Shown piece by piece: positions 17,360-27,564 of a DNA stretch of 64,000 bases (the stretch's first letter is position 1; every line of letters begins with the position of its first letter). A program made the position numbers and the translations under genes. This DNA comes from Methanomassiliicoccales archaeon (GTDB taxonomy: Archaea; Thermoplasmatota; Thermoplasmata; RBG-16-68-12; SOIM01). The notes below the pieces were generated by a model that made no database searches, was not told the DNA's origin, and saw nothing but the letters and a program-made list of their open reading frames with translations. The DNA lies in assembly GCA_030593885.1 (NCBI GenBank), contig JAUVGH010000006.1, positions 180 to 64,179 on the forward strand, given 5' to 3'.

Positions 17360-17518
17360 TCTGGCTTAATGAGAACGGTTGCATTCCCTTGTCGATTTGC
17401 GTGTATATTTGGTAACGCCCCTATTGGAGAAGACGCCAGCAGACTTGAGCTACTGGGGCTGAAGCCAGCATCGGGGTGTGAAGAAGGGGGAACTGTTCCC
17501 TAGCCTCGGGGAAAAGCC

Positions 17519-20500
17519 ATGAGAGATCCCAACCTCACACGGAAGGCAATCCATCTCCTCGTTCTAATCGTTGTAGTGCAGAGCATGATGGTAGGATTCT
17601 CAAATAGACCTGTCTCCGGCCAAGAGCCAGTGGTCTCTGATGTTGGTAGTTGGAGGAGAACAGCCACCTGGACCTTGAACGATCCCGGATACTACACCAG
17701 CGAGAACGTGACCTTCCAGGGAGGAGGTGCGAATCTCTCACTTGACGGGTATTCTTGGAACGAAACCTCATCAAGCGACTTCTCGGATGGTTCCTGGGAT
17801 GATAATGTTACCATCACCTCAGATGGGAATCTTACCCTGAAACATGATGATACGAACCTCGTCCAGAACGGGGATTTCAGCACAGGCTCTGACTGGAGCT
17901 ATGCTGACGGAGCGGGAGGAAATGTGCTGTCCGAAAGGGATGGCCTGCTTGAGAACGCCCACCTTCACCATTATGCTGCACCTGGATCTGCCATGCTATT
18001 TGAGGACTTTGAATTCCCTGGCAACGTCACCAATTGGACTAACCTTGGTGCCGGCACGACGCTTTCCTTCAATAACACCGGACATCTGAGCTCTCGATCC
18101 ATGGATATTGGGTGGTTGCCTCTTCTTCCGACAGATGCAGGTGGCGCCCGAAGATCAGCGGTGACATCATGGGACTGGTCCCTGTACAATAGACTGAGTC
18201 TCTGGATAACGACAGACATATCATCGGGGAATCTCAATGTCCACATCAACATCATTGACATCACTATGTCCTCATGGACATCGTCGCCGAAGAACGTGTC
18301 CCTTATCGGAGGGTGGAGAATGTACACTTTCGACTTGGAGGGTACAATTGACTACTCTCAAATCAAATCTCTGGACATACTATTCGACAATCTCCCTGGC
18401 GATGGAATCACTGAGAAGATGGTCACTATCGACGATATCCAGCTATTTGGTTTGAAGGTCTTTGATGAGACAGCCTATGCCAACCAGACCTTCTCCAAAT
18501 CGAATTGGACAGATAGCAGCCCCGGAAGTGTTGCACTTAGCTTTGATGTGGCAATAGAAGACGAACTGAACATCGCCGAATTCAACCTTTCTCTTTCAGT
18601 CTCTAACTCAACAAGCTCGTACAAGTGGGAGAAGACCAGTGTTGTTACGCCCTATCAGGCCAACGTAGTTGTCGATATTAGCTGGTTGATGGCCGAACCG
18701 GGGAACTACGACATAAGCCTTCAGCTGCGTCTATCCATAAGCACTCGTCTCGAGACGAGCTTTTCTTCGAGATTCGACAACATCAGCATTGTCGCCCCCA
18801 ATCGAAATAGCGGAACATATTTGTCCGACCCTCGCGACACGCTCTCCCAGTCTATCTGGGGTACCGTCTTCTGGGGGGAAGGTCCTACAGATCCAGAGAC
18901 CGATATCCGTATCTCAACAAGGACTGGCAATTCCAGCAACACGGCTGATGGATCATGGTCTGGCTGGGACACACATCTCGCCAACTCAATCATGTCTCCC
19001 CCAAACAGTTACATCCAATACAGGGTCGATCTCAACACGACCAACGCCAGCAAGGGTCCGATACTCACCAACATCAGCTTGAGTTATGACCAATACCCTC
19101 GAATCGGCACCGTTGAAACAGACAACTTCACTGTACCAGATCTTCACTCCTGGGAGGTCTTTGAGGTAAACGAGACCATTCTCCCCGAGACCGAGATAGA
19201 CTACTACTTCTCTTCTGACCTAGGAAGTAATTGGGTCCCCATCGGTGACGGGGCAAACCTATCATTCGTCACCAACAACACCATCAAACTGAAAGCCGAG
19301 CTCAAGACATCCAACACCACCTTCACTCCACAGTTGCTTGAGTTGAGACTCACCTATGAGTACACAGGGCCGCTCGACCACATCCACATGTCCGATTCGT
19401 TCCTCTCCACGACAGCTAACACCACCCTCTTCCTGTCGGCCTGGGGCCACGACATACTTCATCGAAACGTCAGTTTCACTCAGAAGTGGGAGACCGACGA
19501 TCCGGTCGGGTCGGTCGATGCCTTCGGGAACTACACTGCCGGCAAGGTCGGGAGCTGGAGGGTCTACTGCAACAACACCGCTGACACGATCTCCAACTGG
19601 ACCACGGTCGACGTGTCCGCTGGTTCTCTATTCAGGATTGGGATCGATCCGTGGGACCCTGGAACGCTTACCGCGGATGATCAACTTCAGTTCAATGCCA
19701 CTGGCTACGACGTGATGGACAACCCCTTCACTATCACACCCAACTGGTCCGTATCAGGCGGCATTGGCACTGTAGATTCTGGCCCGAGCGCCACATCCCT
19801 CTTCCAGGCCACTCAAACCGGGACGGGTCGGGTCAGCATAACTGATGGAATCCACACGAACCAAACCAACCTGTTCTCTGTCGTCGCTGGACAGCTGGCC
19901 TCGATAGACGTTTCACCCTCTCCCGTGGACCTTCTGCCCGACGAATCAACTGTCTTCACGGCTGAAGGATTTGACGGAGACGGAAACTCACTAGCACTTA
20001 CTTCCACATCTTGGGAAACGAACGCAGGCACCATAACCGGGAGCACACCCAACATTGCCAACTTCACCGCCCAATCCACGGAGCTGTTGGGTGGATATGT
20101 GAGGGCAACCCAGGATTCCATTTCAGGTGATGCCGTTGTCAACGTGGATGACAATGACGATCCACCGCAGATCCAAGGCGTTGTGCCAGACCAGCTGAAG
20201 ACCGAGGACCATGGTACGTGGACACTAGACCTTTCTTCCTTCGCCAGCGATCAGGAGGACGACAATTCTAAGCTCAAGTGGAGGGTCACTGCCGATGATT
20301 CGTCCCTATACACGATTGCAGGAGAGGACCAACCCGGGAACCATGTTCTCACATTCTCCACAAAGCAGGACGCCAACGGAAATAACGAGGTCACGCTCTG
20401 GTTGATTGACACTCGTGGCCAGACTTCCCAGCAGTCACTCTGGGTCAACATCACCCCTGTGAATGACAGACCATCGATATTCGCCCCGGACAAGGTCTTT

Positions 20501-22387
20501 GTCAGGTTCGACGTGCCAAGCCCTGAGGACTACTCCTCTTATGTCGATGACGTGGACAACCCCATTGGAGATCTGACGATATCTACGGACGATCCTGGTC
20601 ACACATCAGTTCAGGGCCTGCAGGTCACCTACGAGTATCCAGAGAGCATGGTGGGGGAACCAGTCTTTGTCATCCTGACGGTTTCTGACGGGCTTGACCA
20701 GGCTCAGGATGTGGTGGAGGTCGTCGTAACCAGCAATTACCCTCCCCGCACTCTCACCCCAATCCCGGATGTTGTCATGAACGAGGATGAGATCCTCAAC
20801 GATCATTTCGACCTGAACGATCACTTCGAAGATCCGGACGACAGCCAACTCACCTTCGGGTCGCTCTCTCAGAGAGTGGGAATAGATATCGATTCCAATG
20901 GTTTGGTCTCCCTCCATCCAGAGGCGAACTGGTTCGGAGACGAACTGGTGATGTTCTCCGCCACGGACAGTTCTGGTGCCGTTGCGTACGATCCGGTGTC
21001 CGTCAGCGTGCTACCCCTAAACGATCCACCCAGCATTGGAGGCTTGCCAGACATAACGATTCACTATGGCATCACATTCGATTTTGATGTTTCACCCTAC
21101 ATTTCTGACGTTGACAATCTGATCAGTGAGCTGACGATCTTCTGCTTGGATGCTGTCTGCTCGACCATTCAGGGCACCACCATCTCGTTCATGTATCTGA
21201 CTGAGACAACGGTCGTGGCGACCGTTACCGTCAGCGATGGAGAGTATCAGGATTCTGATATCATGGGGGTCCGAGTGACAGACAACAATCCGCCCGTGTC
21301 CAAAGGCCTTCCAGATGTGTTCTTCAATGAGGATGAGGCTCTTCCATCTGCTTTCGCCCTTGAGGACTATTTCAGTGACCTGGAGAGCGCCACCCTGACC
21401 TTCTTGGTCAACCAGACCCAGTCCTACGTCCAGGTCTCAATTGGGATCGACACCGTGGTATCATTCTCATCAACAGAGAACTGGAGCGGCCAACAGATCA
21501 TTGTGTTCAGGGCCGTTGACGGGAACGGCGCGGTCGTTGAGGATTCGATCATTGCCACAGTGATCCCTGTGAACGATGCTCCCTTCATCTCCCCGATCCC
21601 TAGGCAGAGTGGCGAGAAGAACAAGGCCTGGCTACTCGATCTAAGTTCATACATCTTTGATTCCGACAACAAGACCGACGACCTTCGGATAGAGTCTGAC
21701 TTCGAGTATGTGATTGTGGCCGGACACTTCCTGATCTTCAATTGCGAAGAGAGCTTCGATTCGAGGAATACCAATGCAACCGTGAACGATGGTCTGCTTC
21801 AGAGCTCCAGCCCATTCGAGGTCAGCGTCACCTCTCCTGTCAACCCTCAGGTCGAGATGTACATATGGCCGACGTCGATAGGCATCATCCTGCTGGGATT
21901 GGTCGGATTGCTTTACTGGAGAGCATCCAGGGGTTTCGTGCTGGAGGACCTCTTCGTCATCGGAAAGGACGGTAAGCTCCGGGTCCACAAGACCACGCGG
22001 ACCAGACCCGACAGAGATGAGGATCTTTTCTCCGGAATGTTGACCGTCATTCGAGATTTCACCGCAGACACATTCAGGGAAGAGAAGGGCACCCTGAAGT
22101 CATTCGAGCTGGAAGAGGATAAGAAGGTCATCATGGAGTCTGCAGAGGGCTTCTATGTTGCATTGATTTTCTCCGGAAAGGAACCCGGGTGGGCGCCGAA
22201 GTCGCTTGAAGCCTTCTCCCAGGACATGGAGACCATGTACGGTCCTTTGATCACGTCTTGGTCGGGAGCCATGGATGAGTTGGGAGACCTTCCTAATATG
22301 GCCGATTTCTTCATACATAAAAGAAAATACAGCGTCGGGGACTGGCAACCAACTGAAGATGAACTACCGTTCGAAGAAGCGGACTAG
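17519..22387 (+). CDS. Giant sequon-rich surface protein: N-terminal hydrophobic anchor or signal, CBM/Ig-like regions, six cadherin-like modules, one TM helix and a 155-aa cytoplasmic Roadblock/MglB-like tail
   Basis: 1622 aa. N-terminal LLVLIVVVQSMMVGF. Dense NxS/T sequons (NVT, NLS, NET, NVT and NLT within about 50 residues). Modules end in PVNDRPS, LNDPPS and PVNDAPF. TM helix WPTSIGIILLGLVGLLYW at 21866-21919. The tail at 21920-22384 reads LFVIGKDGKLRVH..DLFSGMLTVIRDFTADTF..LKSFELEEDKKVIMESAEGFYVALIFSG. Confidence 0.9.
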   Translation: MRDPNLTRKAIHLLVLIVVVQSMMVGFSNRPVSGQEPVVSDVGSWRRTATWTLNDPGYYTSENVTFQGGGANLSLDGYSWNETSSSDFSDGSWDDNVTITSDGNLTLKHDDTNLVQNGDFSTGSDWSYADGAGGNVLSERDGLLENAHLHHYAAPGSAMLFEDFEFPGNVTNWTNLGAGTTLSFNNTGHLSSRSMDIGWLPLLPTDAGGARRSAVTSWDWSLYNRLSLWITTDISSGNLNVHINIIDITMSSWTSSPKNVSLIGGWRMYTFDLEGTIDYSQIKSLDILFDNLPGDGITEKMVTIDDIQLFGLKVFDETAYANQTFSKSNWTDSSPGSVALSFDVAIEDELNIAEFNLSLSVSNSTSSYKWEKTSVVTPYQANVVVDISWLMAEPGNYDISLQLRLSISTRLETSFSSRFDNISIVAPNRNSGTYLSDPRDTLSQSIWGTVFWGEGPTDPETDIRISTRTGNSSNTADGSWSGWDTHLANSIMSPPNSYIQYRVDLNTTNASKGPILTNISLSYDQYPRIGTVETDNFTVPDLHSWEVFEVNETILPETEIDYYFSSDLGSNWVPIGDGANLSFVTNNTIKLKAELKTSNTTFTPQLLELRLTYEYTGPLDHIHMSDSFLSTTANTTLFLSAWGHDILHRNVSFTQKWETDDPVGSVDAFGNYTAGKVGSWRVYCNNTADTISNWTTVDVSAGSLFRIGIDPWDPGTLTADDQLQFNATGYDVMDNPFTITPNWSVSGGIGTVDSGPSATSLFQATQTGTGRVSITDGIHTNQTNLFSVVAGQLASIDVSPSPVDLLPDESTVFTAEGFDGDGNSLALTSTSWETNAGTITGSTPNIANFTAQSTELLGGYVRATQDSISGDAVVNVDDNDDPPQIQGVVPDQLKTEDHGTWTLDLSSFASDQEDDNSKLKWRVTADDSSLYTIAGEDQPGNHVLTFSTKQDANGNNEVTLWLIDTRGQTSQQSLWVNITPVNDRPSIFAPDKVFVRFDVPSPEDYSSYVDDVDNPIGDLTISTDDPGHTSVQGLQVTYEYPESMVGEPVFVILTVSDGLDQAQDVVEVVVTSNYPPRTLTPIPDVVMNEDEILNDHFDLNDHFEDPDDSQLTFGSLSQRVGIDIDSNGLVSLHPEANWFGDELVMFSATDSSGAVAYDPVSVSVLPLNDPPSIGGLPDITIHYGITFDFDVSPYISDVDNLISELTIFCLDAVCSTIQGTTISFMYLTETTVVATVTVSDGEYQDSDIMGVRVTDNNPPVSKGLPDVFFNEDEALPSAFALEDYFSDLESATLTFLVNQTQSYVQVSIGIDTVVSFSSTENWSGQQIIVFRAVDGNGAVVEDSIIATVIPVNDAPFISPIPRQSGEKNKAWLLDLSSYIFDSDNKTDDLRIESDFEYVIVAGHFLIFNCEESFDSRNTNATVNDGLLQSSSPFEVSVTSPVNPQVEMYIWPTSIGIILLGLVGLLYWRASRGFVLEDLFVIGKDGKLRVHKTTRTRPDRDEDLFSGMLTVIRDFTADTFREEKGTLKSFELEEDKKVIMESAEGFYVALIFSGKEPGWAPKSLEAFSQDMETMYGPLITSWSGAMDELGDLPNMADFFIHKRKYSVGDWQPTEDELPFEEAD
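20147..21850 (+). repeat. Six divergent ~95-100-aa tandem cadherin-like modules (protein-level repeats) in the ectodomain
   Basis: Recurrent module boundaries: DDNDDPPQI, ITPVNDRPSI, VTSNYPPRTL, VLPLNDPPSI, VTDNNPPVSK, VIPVNDAPFI. Each module has acidic D-x-D/N-rich loops. Confidence 0.6.
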
Positions 22388-23013
22388 GCGGACTGGGACT
22401 TTTTCAGCATTTTCAGCCTGAAGATATTCTCCCTCTCTAGCTCTTCAAGTCTCAACCTGATGAACGCCTCTGCCGATTTCAGGTCCGGTATGATCTTGAA
22501 CTCCAGAGCATTGACCCTTCGCTTGGTCTTCTCTATCTCGTCCAGGAGCTTCCTCATCGTGGTCTCGGCTTCAGCTGCGACTATTATGTCCTCTACCAGA
22601 TCCTCGTAGGCTTCGGCCGCCTCATCTATACGTGCTGATGATTCAATTATCCCGTAGCCCCTCTCGTCCAGCCTTTTCCTGACGCTCTTGGCCTTTATCT
22701 GTGGGACAACGATTCCCATGACATTCTTGGTGGTCAGTTCCATGGACGGTACTTCAATGAGCGATAATGCCGCCGACTTCACCCCCACCGCACCCTCGAT
22801 CGCTTCCGCGACCGCGATCTTCTGTCTGGCAATCTTGTATTTTTCGGTGATCTGCCCTCGAATCTCCTTTGCCTTGTCGAGAACTTGGAAGAACTCCATA
22901 ATCAAGCTGTCCCTCTTCATCCTCAGCAGCTTGTAGCCTTTCTCGGACAGTTTGATCCTTTTCCTGAGTTCCAGGAGTTCCGATCTTGTGGGTTTGAACT
23001 CTCTCAATGCCAA
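22384..23013 (-). CDS. atpD: A-type ATP synthase subunit D
   Basis: 209 aa, PTRSELLELRKRIKLSEKGYKLLRMKRD. It is the last gene of the atpHIKECFABD order. Confidence 0.9.
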   Translation of the reverse strand: MALREFKPTRSELLELRKRIKLSEKGYKLLRMKRDSLIMEFFQVLDKAKEIRGQITEKYKIARQKIAVAEAIEGAVGVKSAALSLIEVPSMELTTKNVMGIVVPQIKAKSVRKRLDERGYGIIESSARIDEAAEAYEDLVEDIIVAAEAETTMRKLLDEIEKTKRRVNALEFKIIPDLKSAEAFIRLRLEELERENIFRLKMLKKSQSA

Positions 23014-24396
23014 TTATCCACTCTTCCTGTGCGCCGGGTGATACTTCTCTATGGTCTCTCTATCGATCTTGGTCAGCATGCTCTCGTCCACTTTGCTGAG
23101 CAGGTCCCATGTAATCTCCAGGGTCTTCTCTATGTCTCGGTCCTCTTCCCTTCCCTGCCGGACCAACTTGTCCTCGAAGACGTCCGCGAAGTCCAGGAGC
23201 TTCCTGTCCCTTTCCGTGAGAGCTTCCTTGCCAACGATGGCGACCAGGCCTCTGAGGTCCCTGCCTTCAGCGTATGCAGCGTAGCTCTGGTCGGATACCT
23301 GCTTGTGGTCCTCTCTGGTCTGACCCGGTCCTATGCCGGCGTCCATCAGTCTCGACAGAGATGGGGACACGTCCAGAGGCGGATAGATGCCCTTCCTGTG
23401 CAGCTCCCTGGAAACGACCAACTGACCTTCCGTGATGTACGCGCTGAGATCTGGTATGGGGTGCGTTATGTCATCATCTGGCATCGTAAGGATCGGAATC
23501 TGGGTGATCGAACCCTTCTTGCCTTTGATTTTGCCCGCTCTTTCATACATTGTGGCCAGATCGGTGTACATATAACCGGGATATCCTCGTCTTCCAGGAA
23601 CCTCTTCTCTTGCCGCTCCGATCTGTCTCAACGCTTCACAGTAGTTCGTGAGGTCGGTCAAGATGACCAGAATGTGATAGTCATGCTCGAAAGCTAGGTA
23701 TTCGGCGGCCGTCAATGCCATTCTCGGTGTGATCAACCGCTCGACCGCAGGATCGTCGGCGAGGTTCAGGAACAGAACAGCTCTCTTGAGCGCTCCAGTC
23801 CGCTCGAAGTCTCTCATGAATATCTGCGCTTCCTCATGTGTGATGCCCATTGCGGCAAAGACCACCGCGAAAGCCTCTTCCTTCCCCGGAACCTTCGCTT
23901 GTCTTGCGATCTGAAGGGCGATCTCGTTGTGTGGCAGACCGGATCCAGAGAATATGGGCAGTTTCTGACCCCTGACCAGTGTGTTCATGCCGTCAATGGT
24001 CGAAATGCCAGTTTGGATGAACTCCTTGGGCGAGTCCCTGGCGTAGGGATTAATCGCGGCGCCACCGATCTCGAGTCTCTTCTCTGGAATGACCGGCGGA
24101 CCTCCGTCCAATGGATTGCCACTGCCGGAGAGGATCCTTCCCAGCATGTCCTTTGACACGTTCAGCTTGGCGGTCTCTCCCAGGAACTTGACGCTCGATG
24201 CTTTGTCGATACCCGCGGTCCCCTCAAAGACCTGGACGACAACAAGGTCCTTGGAGGTGTCCAGAACCTGTCCTCTCTTCGTTGTGCCATCCGGTAAGCC
24301 GACTTCCACCAGTTCTCCATACCCAACCCATTCGGTCTTCTCCACGAAGACCAGCGGACCGGCGATCTCGGTTATCGTCCTGTATTCCTTGCTCAT
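23014..24396 (-). CDS. atpB: A-type ATP synthase subunit B
   Basis: 460 aa. [15 protein letters not shown].., the non-catalytic B-subunit pattern. Confidence 0.93.
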   Translation of the reverse strand: MSKEYRTITEIAGPLVFVEKTEWVGYGELVEVGLPDGTTKRGQVLDTSKDLVVVQVFEGTAGIDKASSVKFLGETAKLNVSKDMLGRILSGSGNPLDGGPPVIPEKRLEIGGAAINPYARDSPKEFIQTGISTIDGMNTLVRGQKLPIFSGSGLPHNEIALQIARQAKVPGKEEAFAVVFAAMGITHEEAQIFMRDFERTGALKRAVLFLNLADDPAVERLITPRMALTAAEYLAFEHDYHILVILTDLTNYCEALRQIGAAREEVPGRRGYPGYMYTDLATMYERAGKIKGKKGSITQIPILTMPDDDITHPIPDLSAYITEGQLVVSRELHRKGIYPPLDVSPSLSRLMDAGIGPGQTREDHKQVSDQSYAAYAEGRDLRGLVAIVGKEALTERDRKLLDFADVFEDKLVRQGREEDRDIEKTLEITWDLLSKVDESMLTKIDRETIEKYHPAHRKSG

Positions 24397-26168
24397 GAGG
24401 TCACCTCCAGGTCCCGGAATTCCTTTTCCATCAGTTCGCTGACCACCTTGAGCTTCCCGTCGAAGTCCTCCTCGAACTTCAACTTCGCCAGCTCGTCCCT
24501 CGATTTGAGATATGCAATGTCCTTTACCGGAACCTCCAGTGCCAAAGCCTTCTCCGCAAGGTCCGAGTACTTCTTTATCTGGTTAAGGAGGATGAACTGC
24601 TTGTTCAACTCGCAGTAGGTGTCCACCTTGTGGAACGCGTTCTGCTGAAGGACGAATTCCCTTATCATCCTGGCGATCTCCAATGTAAGTTGCTGTTGTT
24701 CGGGCAGCGCATCGGAACCAACCAGCTGGACAATCTCCTGCAGTTCCGCTTCGGTCTGCAGTGTGGCCATCGACCATTCCCTGAGTGACGACCAATCGGA
24801 ATTCACTTCCTTGTCGAACCAATCCTTCACTATCTGGTTGTAGAGGCTGTAAGATGTGAGCCAGTTGATGGCCGGGAAATGCCTTCTTTCCCTCAGCTTG
24901 GTGTCCAGAGCCCAGAAGACCTTCACGATACGCAGTGTCCCTTGTGTGACTGGTTCTGAGAAGTCTCCCCCGGGAGGTGAGACCGCTCCAACGACCGATA
25001 CTGATCCTTCCTTTCCGCTGAGGGTTGAGACGCGACCAGCCCTCTCGTAGAACTCTGAGAGCTTTGACGAAAGGTAAGCTGGATATCCTTCCTCTCCCGG
25101 CATCTCTTCCAGTCTGGATGAGATCTCCCTCATCGCCTCCGCCCATCTGCTGGTACTGTCCGCCATCAAGGAGACGTCGTAGCCCATGTCCCTGTAGTAC
25201 TCTGCAATCGTGATTCCGGTGTAAACGGATGCCTCTCTTGCTGCGACCGGCATGTTGCTGGTGTTGGCTATGAGCACAGTCCTTTCCATCAACGGAGCTC
25301 CGGTTCTGGGATCCTCCAGTTTAGGGAAATCGGACAGAACCTCGGTCATCTCGTTCCCCCTCTCTCCGCAGCCGATGTACACGACGATCTCGGAGTCACA
25401 CCACTTCGCCAGCTGATGTTCAGTGACCGTCTTTCCCGTGCCGAAACCTCCGGGGATGGCAGCAGTTCCACCTTTGGCCAGCGGGAAGAACATGTCCAGG
25501 ACTCTCTGCCCAGTGATTAGCGGGATATCCGGCATGAGTTTGTCCTTGCTCGGCCTCGGGAATCTCACCGGCCACTTTTGCATCAGTTTTATCTTCGATC
25601 CGTTGTCGAGCGTGCAGACAGTGTCCTCCACGGTGTACTCGCCTTCTTGTATGCTTGAAATCTTCCCACTTATTCTCGGGGGGATCATGATCCGGTGCTC
25701 CACGTTCTTCGCCTCTTGCACGGTTCCTATGATCTGACCGCCGGTGACATCTTCGCCTACGCTTGCCGTGGGAACGAACTTCCATCTCTTGCTCCTGTCA
25801 AGCCCGGGAGCGGAGACTCCTCTCCTGATGTACTCTCCCATTTGCTCAACAAGGACCGGAAGGGGCCTCTGAACGCCATCGTAGATACTGCCCAGCAACC
25901 CAGGTCCGAGCTCTACCACAAGGGGCAAGCCAGTGTCTATGACCTTCTCACCCGGCCTGATGCCGGTGGTGTCCTCGTAGACCTGGACGATCGTCTTGTC
26001 CCCAACGATCTTTATGACCTCTCCCATTAGTTGTTCTTCACCCACCTGGACAACGTCGTACATCTTAGGAGCAATGCCTGTGGCTGTTACGACGGGTCCC
26101 GCGACCCTGTATATCTCACCACGGTGTCCCAATGCAGACGATTCCGGTTCTTCGGTTCTCATTTCCAC
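24393..26168 (-). CDS. atpA: A-type ATP synthase catalytic subunit A
   Basis: 591 aa with Walker [10 protein letters not shown]. There is no intein-sized insertion. Confidence 0.95.
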   Translation of the reverse strand: MEMRTEEPESSALGHRGEIYRVAGPVVTATGIAPKMYDVVQVGEEQLMGEVIKIVGDKTIVQVYEDTTGIRPGEKVIDTGLPLVVELGPGLLGSIYDGVQRPLPVLVEQMGEYIRRGVSAPGLDRSKRWKFVPTASVGEDVTGGQIIGTVQEAKNVEHRIMIPPRISGKISSIQEGEYTVEDTVCTLDNGSKIKLMQKWPVRFPRPSKDKLMPDIPLITGQRVLDMFFPLAKGGTAAIPGGFGTGKTVTEHQLAKWCDSEIVVYIGCGERGNEMTEVLSDFPKLEDPRTGAPLMERTVLIANTSNMPVAAREASVYTGITIAEYYRDMGYDVSLMADSTSRWAEAMREISSRLEEMPGEEGYPAYLSSKLSEFYERAGRVSTLSGKEGSVSVVGAVSPPGGDFSEPVTQGTLRIVKVFWALDTKLRERRHFPAINWLTSYSLYNQIVKDWFDKEVNSDWSSLREWSMATLQTEAELQEIVQLVGSDALPEQQQLTLEIARMIREFVLQQNAFHKVDTYCELNKQFILLNQIKKYSDLAEKALALEVPVKDIAYLKSRDELAKLKFEEDFDGKLKVVSELMEKEFRDLEVTS

Positions 26169-26177
26169 TATACCACC

Positions 26178-26480
26178 TCATCCAGTTTGATACAAATCAA
26201 CGCCAATTGCTCTCTTGACCTTGCTTCTAAGGTCCTCTTCTTCCTCCTCACCCACGGATATGACCACGGGCTTGGGGCTATTTACCAATTTTTCCTTGAA
26301 AGCAGCGGGAACTTTGGCCATGGAGCTTGAATGGATTATCAATACGCCGATTCTCTCGTCTTCCATGACCTCGGTGATCTTTGCCTCCAGACCCTCATCG
26401 GGAACCGCGTAGGTCTTTCTGATGCCGACGAGCTTGAAGCCCAACACGAATTCCTCATCACCGACTGCAGCCAGTTCCAA
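26178..26480 (-). CDS. atpF: A-type ATP synthase subunit F
   Basis: 100 aa, AAVGDEEFVLGFKLVGI, in the expected operon position. Confidence 0.85.
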   Translation of the reverse strand: MELAAVGDEEFVLGFKLVGIRKTYAVPDEGLEAKITEVMEDERIGVLIIHSSSMAKVPAAFKEKLVNSPKPVVISVGEEEEEDLRSKVKRAIGVDLYQTG

Positions 26481-26481
26481 C

Positions 26482-27564
26482 TTAGACCACCAACATCTCC
26501 TTCATCATATCGTTGCTCAGTCCAGCCTGCTTTCCTCTAGCGATTATCCTGATGTTCTCAACCTCTCTCTCCTTACGGGAGAAATAATCCAACACTGGCA
26601 GTATTGAGAGAGGATGGATGTGCGAATACTTGGTCGCACGCCTTATCAACGACTTCTCGAGCGCCCTCATCACATCGCTCAGTCCCTTCTCCTCGATGTC
26701 CTTCAGAAGGGGTGAGACGACCGCTTGGAACGAGGTTCCCTTCAACCTGGCCTCCAGTTGCTCAATGGGCAGTCCTATCATATCGTTCAGGTCCGCCACC
26801 AGTATCTCGAGCCCACCCTTCACGAAGACCTCGCCCTCAATCTCGCACTGAATGTACCTTACCCTGAGTAACGTCTTCATGTTGAGGGTGTCGATTTCTC
26901 TCTGGATGTGCCTTCTGAAGCGCACGTTGGGCTCGGTCGTCGGGGGGATGACCTCCAGCAGATACGAGTAGTACTTGTGGGTCAACGCATCTTCGAAGGG
27001 GGCCATGGTGCCCGACGCTTCCACCTTGTCCTCGACCTCCTTCAGGGATTCCCAGTAGATGGTACCTTCCAGACCGTCGATTATCTCATCTATTGTCTCC
27101 AGTTCCACAAGGCTCTCCAAGAACTGGGTCCTGAACGACCCTGCGGGTACGATGGTCTCCCAGATTTCCTCGTTGGTAGAGCCGGAGAACTTCCCCCTCA
27201 GTACGCTCTTGATGTTCCACACGTCCCATCTGTCCAGATATCTTGAGATCATGGTCCTCAGGTGCCCCTCAGAGAACTCATATATCTGGGTGAAGACCTT
27301 CGCCAGGTTGTTCCTCGTTGCCATCTCTATCAGGTCCACTCCCGACAGCTTCGCACCCAGGTTTAGGATCTCCTCGGCGTACTGTCCTTCACCTATCGAC
27401 CTCGCTATCTGGGGGATGTCCATCTGCAGGTACCTCGTGTACACGTCCGGGCTCAGAAGCCATTTCTTCTTGGCCTTCACTCTGGCGCAGACGTAGGGAT
27501 AGTTCCCACTCTCGAATGGTAGTGCCGATCGCACTCTCTCTTTCAAGTCCTTGAGAGTCGTCAT
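26482..27564 (-). CDS. atpC: A-type ATP synthase subunit C
   Basis: About 360 aa. ATG 27564 overlaps the atpE stop as ATGA; the ORF track extends to 27576. Confidence 0.85.
   Translation of the reverse strand: MTTLKDLKERVRSALPFESGNYPYVCARVKAKKKWLLSPDVYTRYLQMDIPQIARSIGEGQYAEEILNLGAKLSGVDLIEMATRNNLAKVFTQIYEFSEGHLRTMISRYLDRWDVWNIKSVLRGKFSGSTNEEIWETIVPAGSFRTQFLESLVELETIDEIIDGLEGTIYWESLKEVEDKVEASGTMAPFEDALTHKYYSYLLEVIPPTTEPNVRFRRHIQREIDTLNMKTLLRVRYIQCEIEGEVFVKGGLEILVADLNDMIGLPIEQLEARLKGTSFQAVVSPLLKDIEEKGLSDVMRALEKSLIRRATKYSHIHPLSILPVLDYFSRKEREVENIRIIARGKQAGLSNDMMKEMLVV

Noticed and set aside
17369-17503. A 44-codon upstream ORF in the same frame as the giant gene, separated from it by TAG 17501. 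I considered stop-codon read-through or pyrrolysine decoding.
   Set aside because: TAG is used as an ordinary stop by several well-supported genes here (spt4, porD, S27ae, atpD, hypE). The ATG lies upstream of the expected transcription start for the nearby promoter-like motif. The peptide has no features.
22885-23697. A 270-aa plus-strand ORF inside atpD/atpB. Similar long antisense ORFs occur at 40608-41312, 44822-45535, 59653-60369, 61084-61857 and 62670-63443.
   Set aside because: All are shadow ORFs opposite strongly motif-supported genes in a moderately GC-rich genome. None has recognisable domains or a plausible promoter or SD context.
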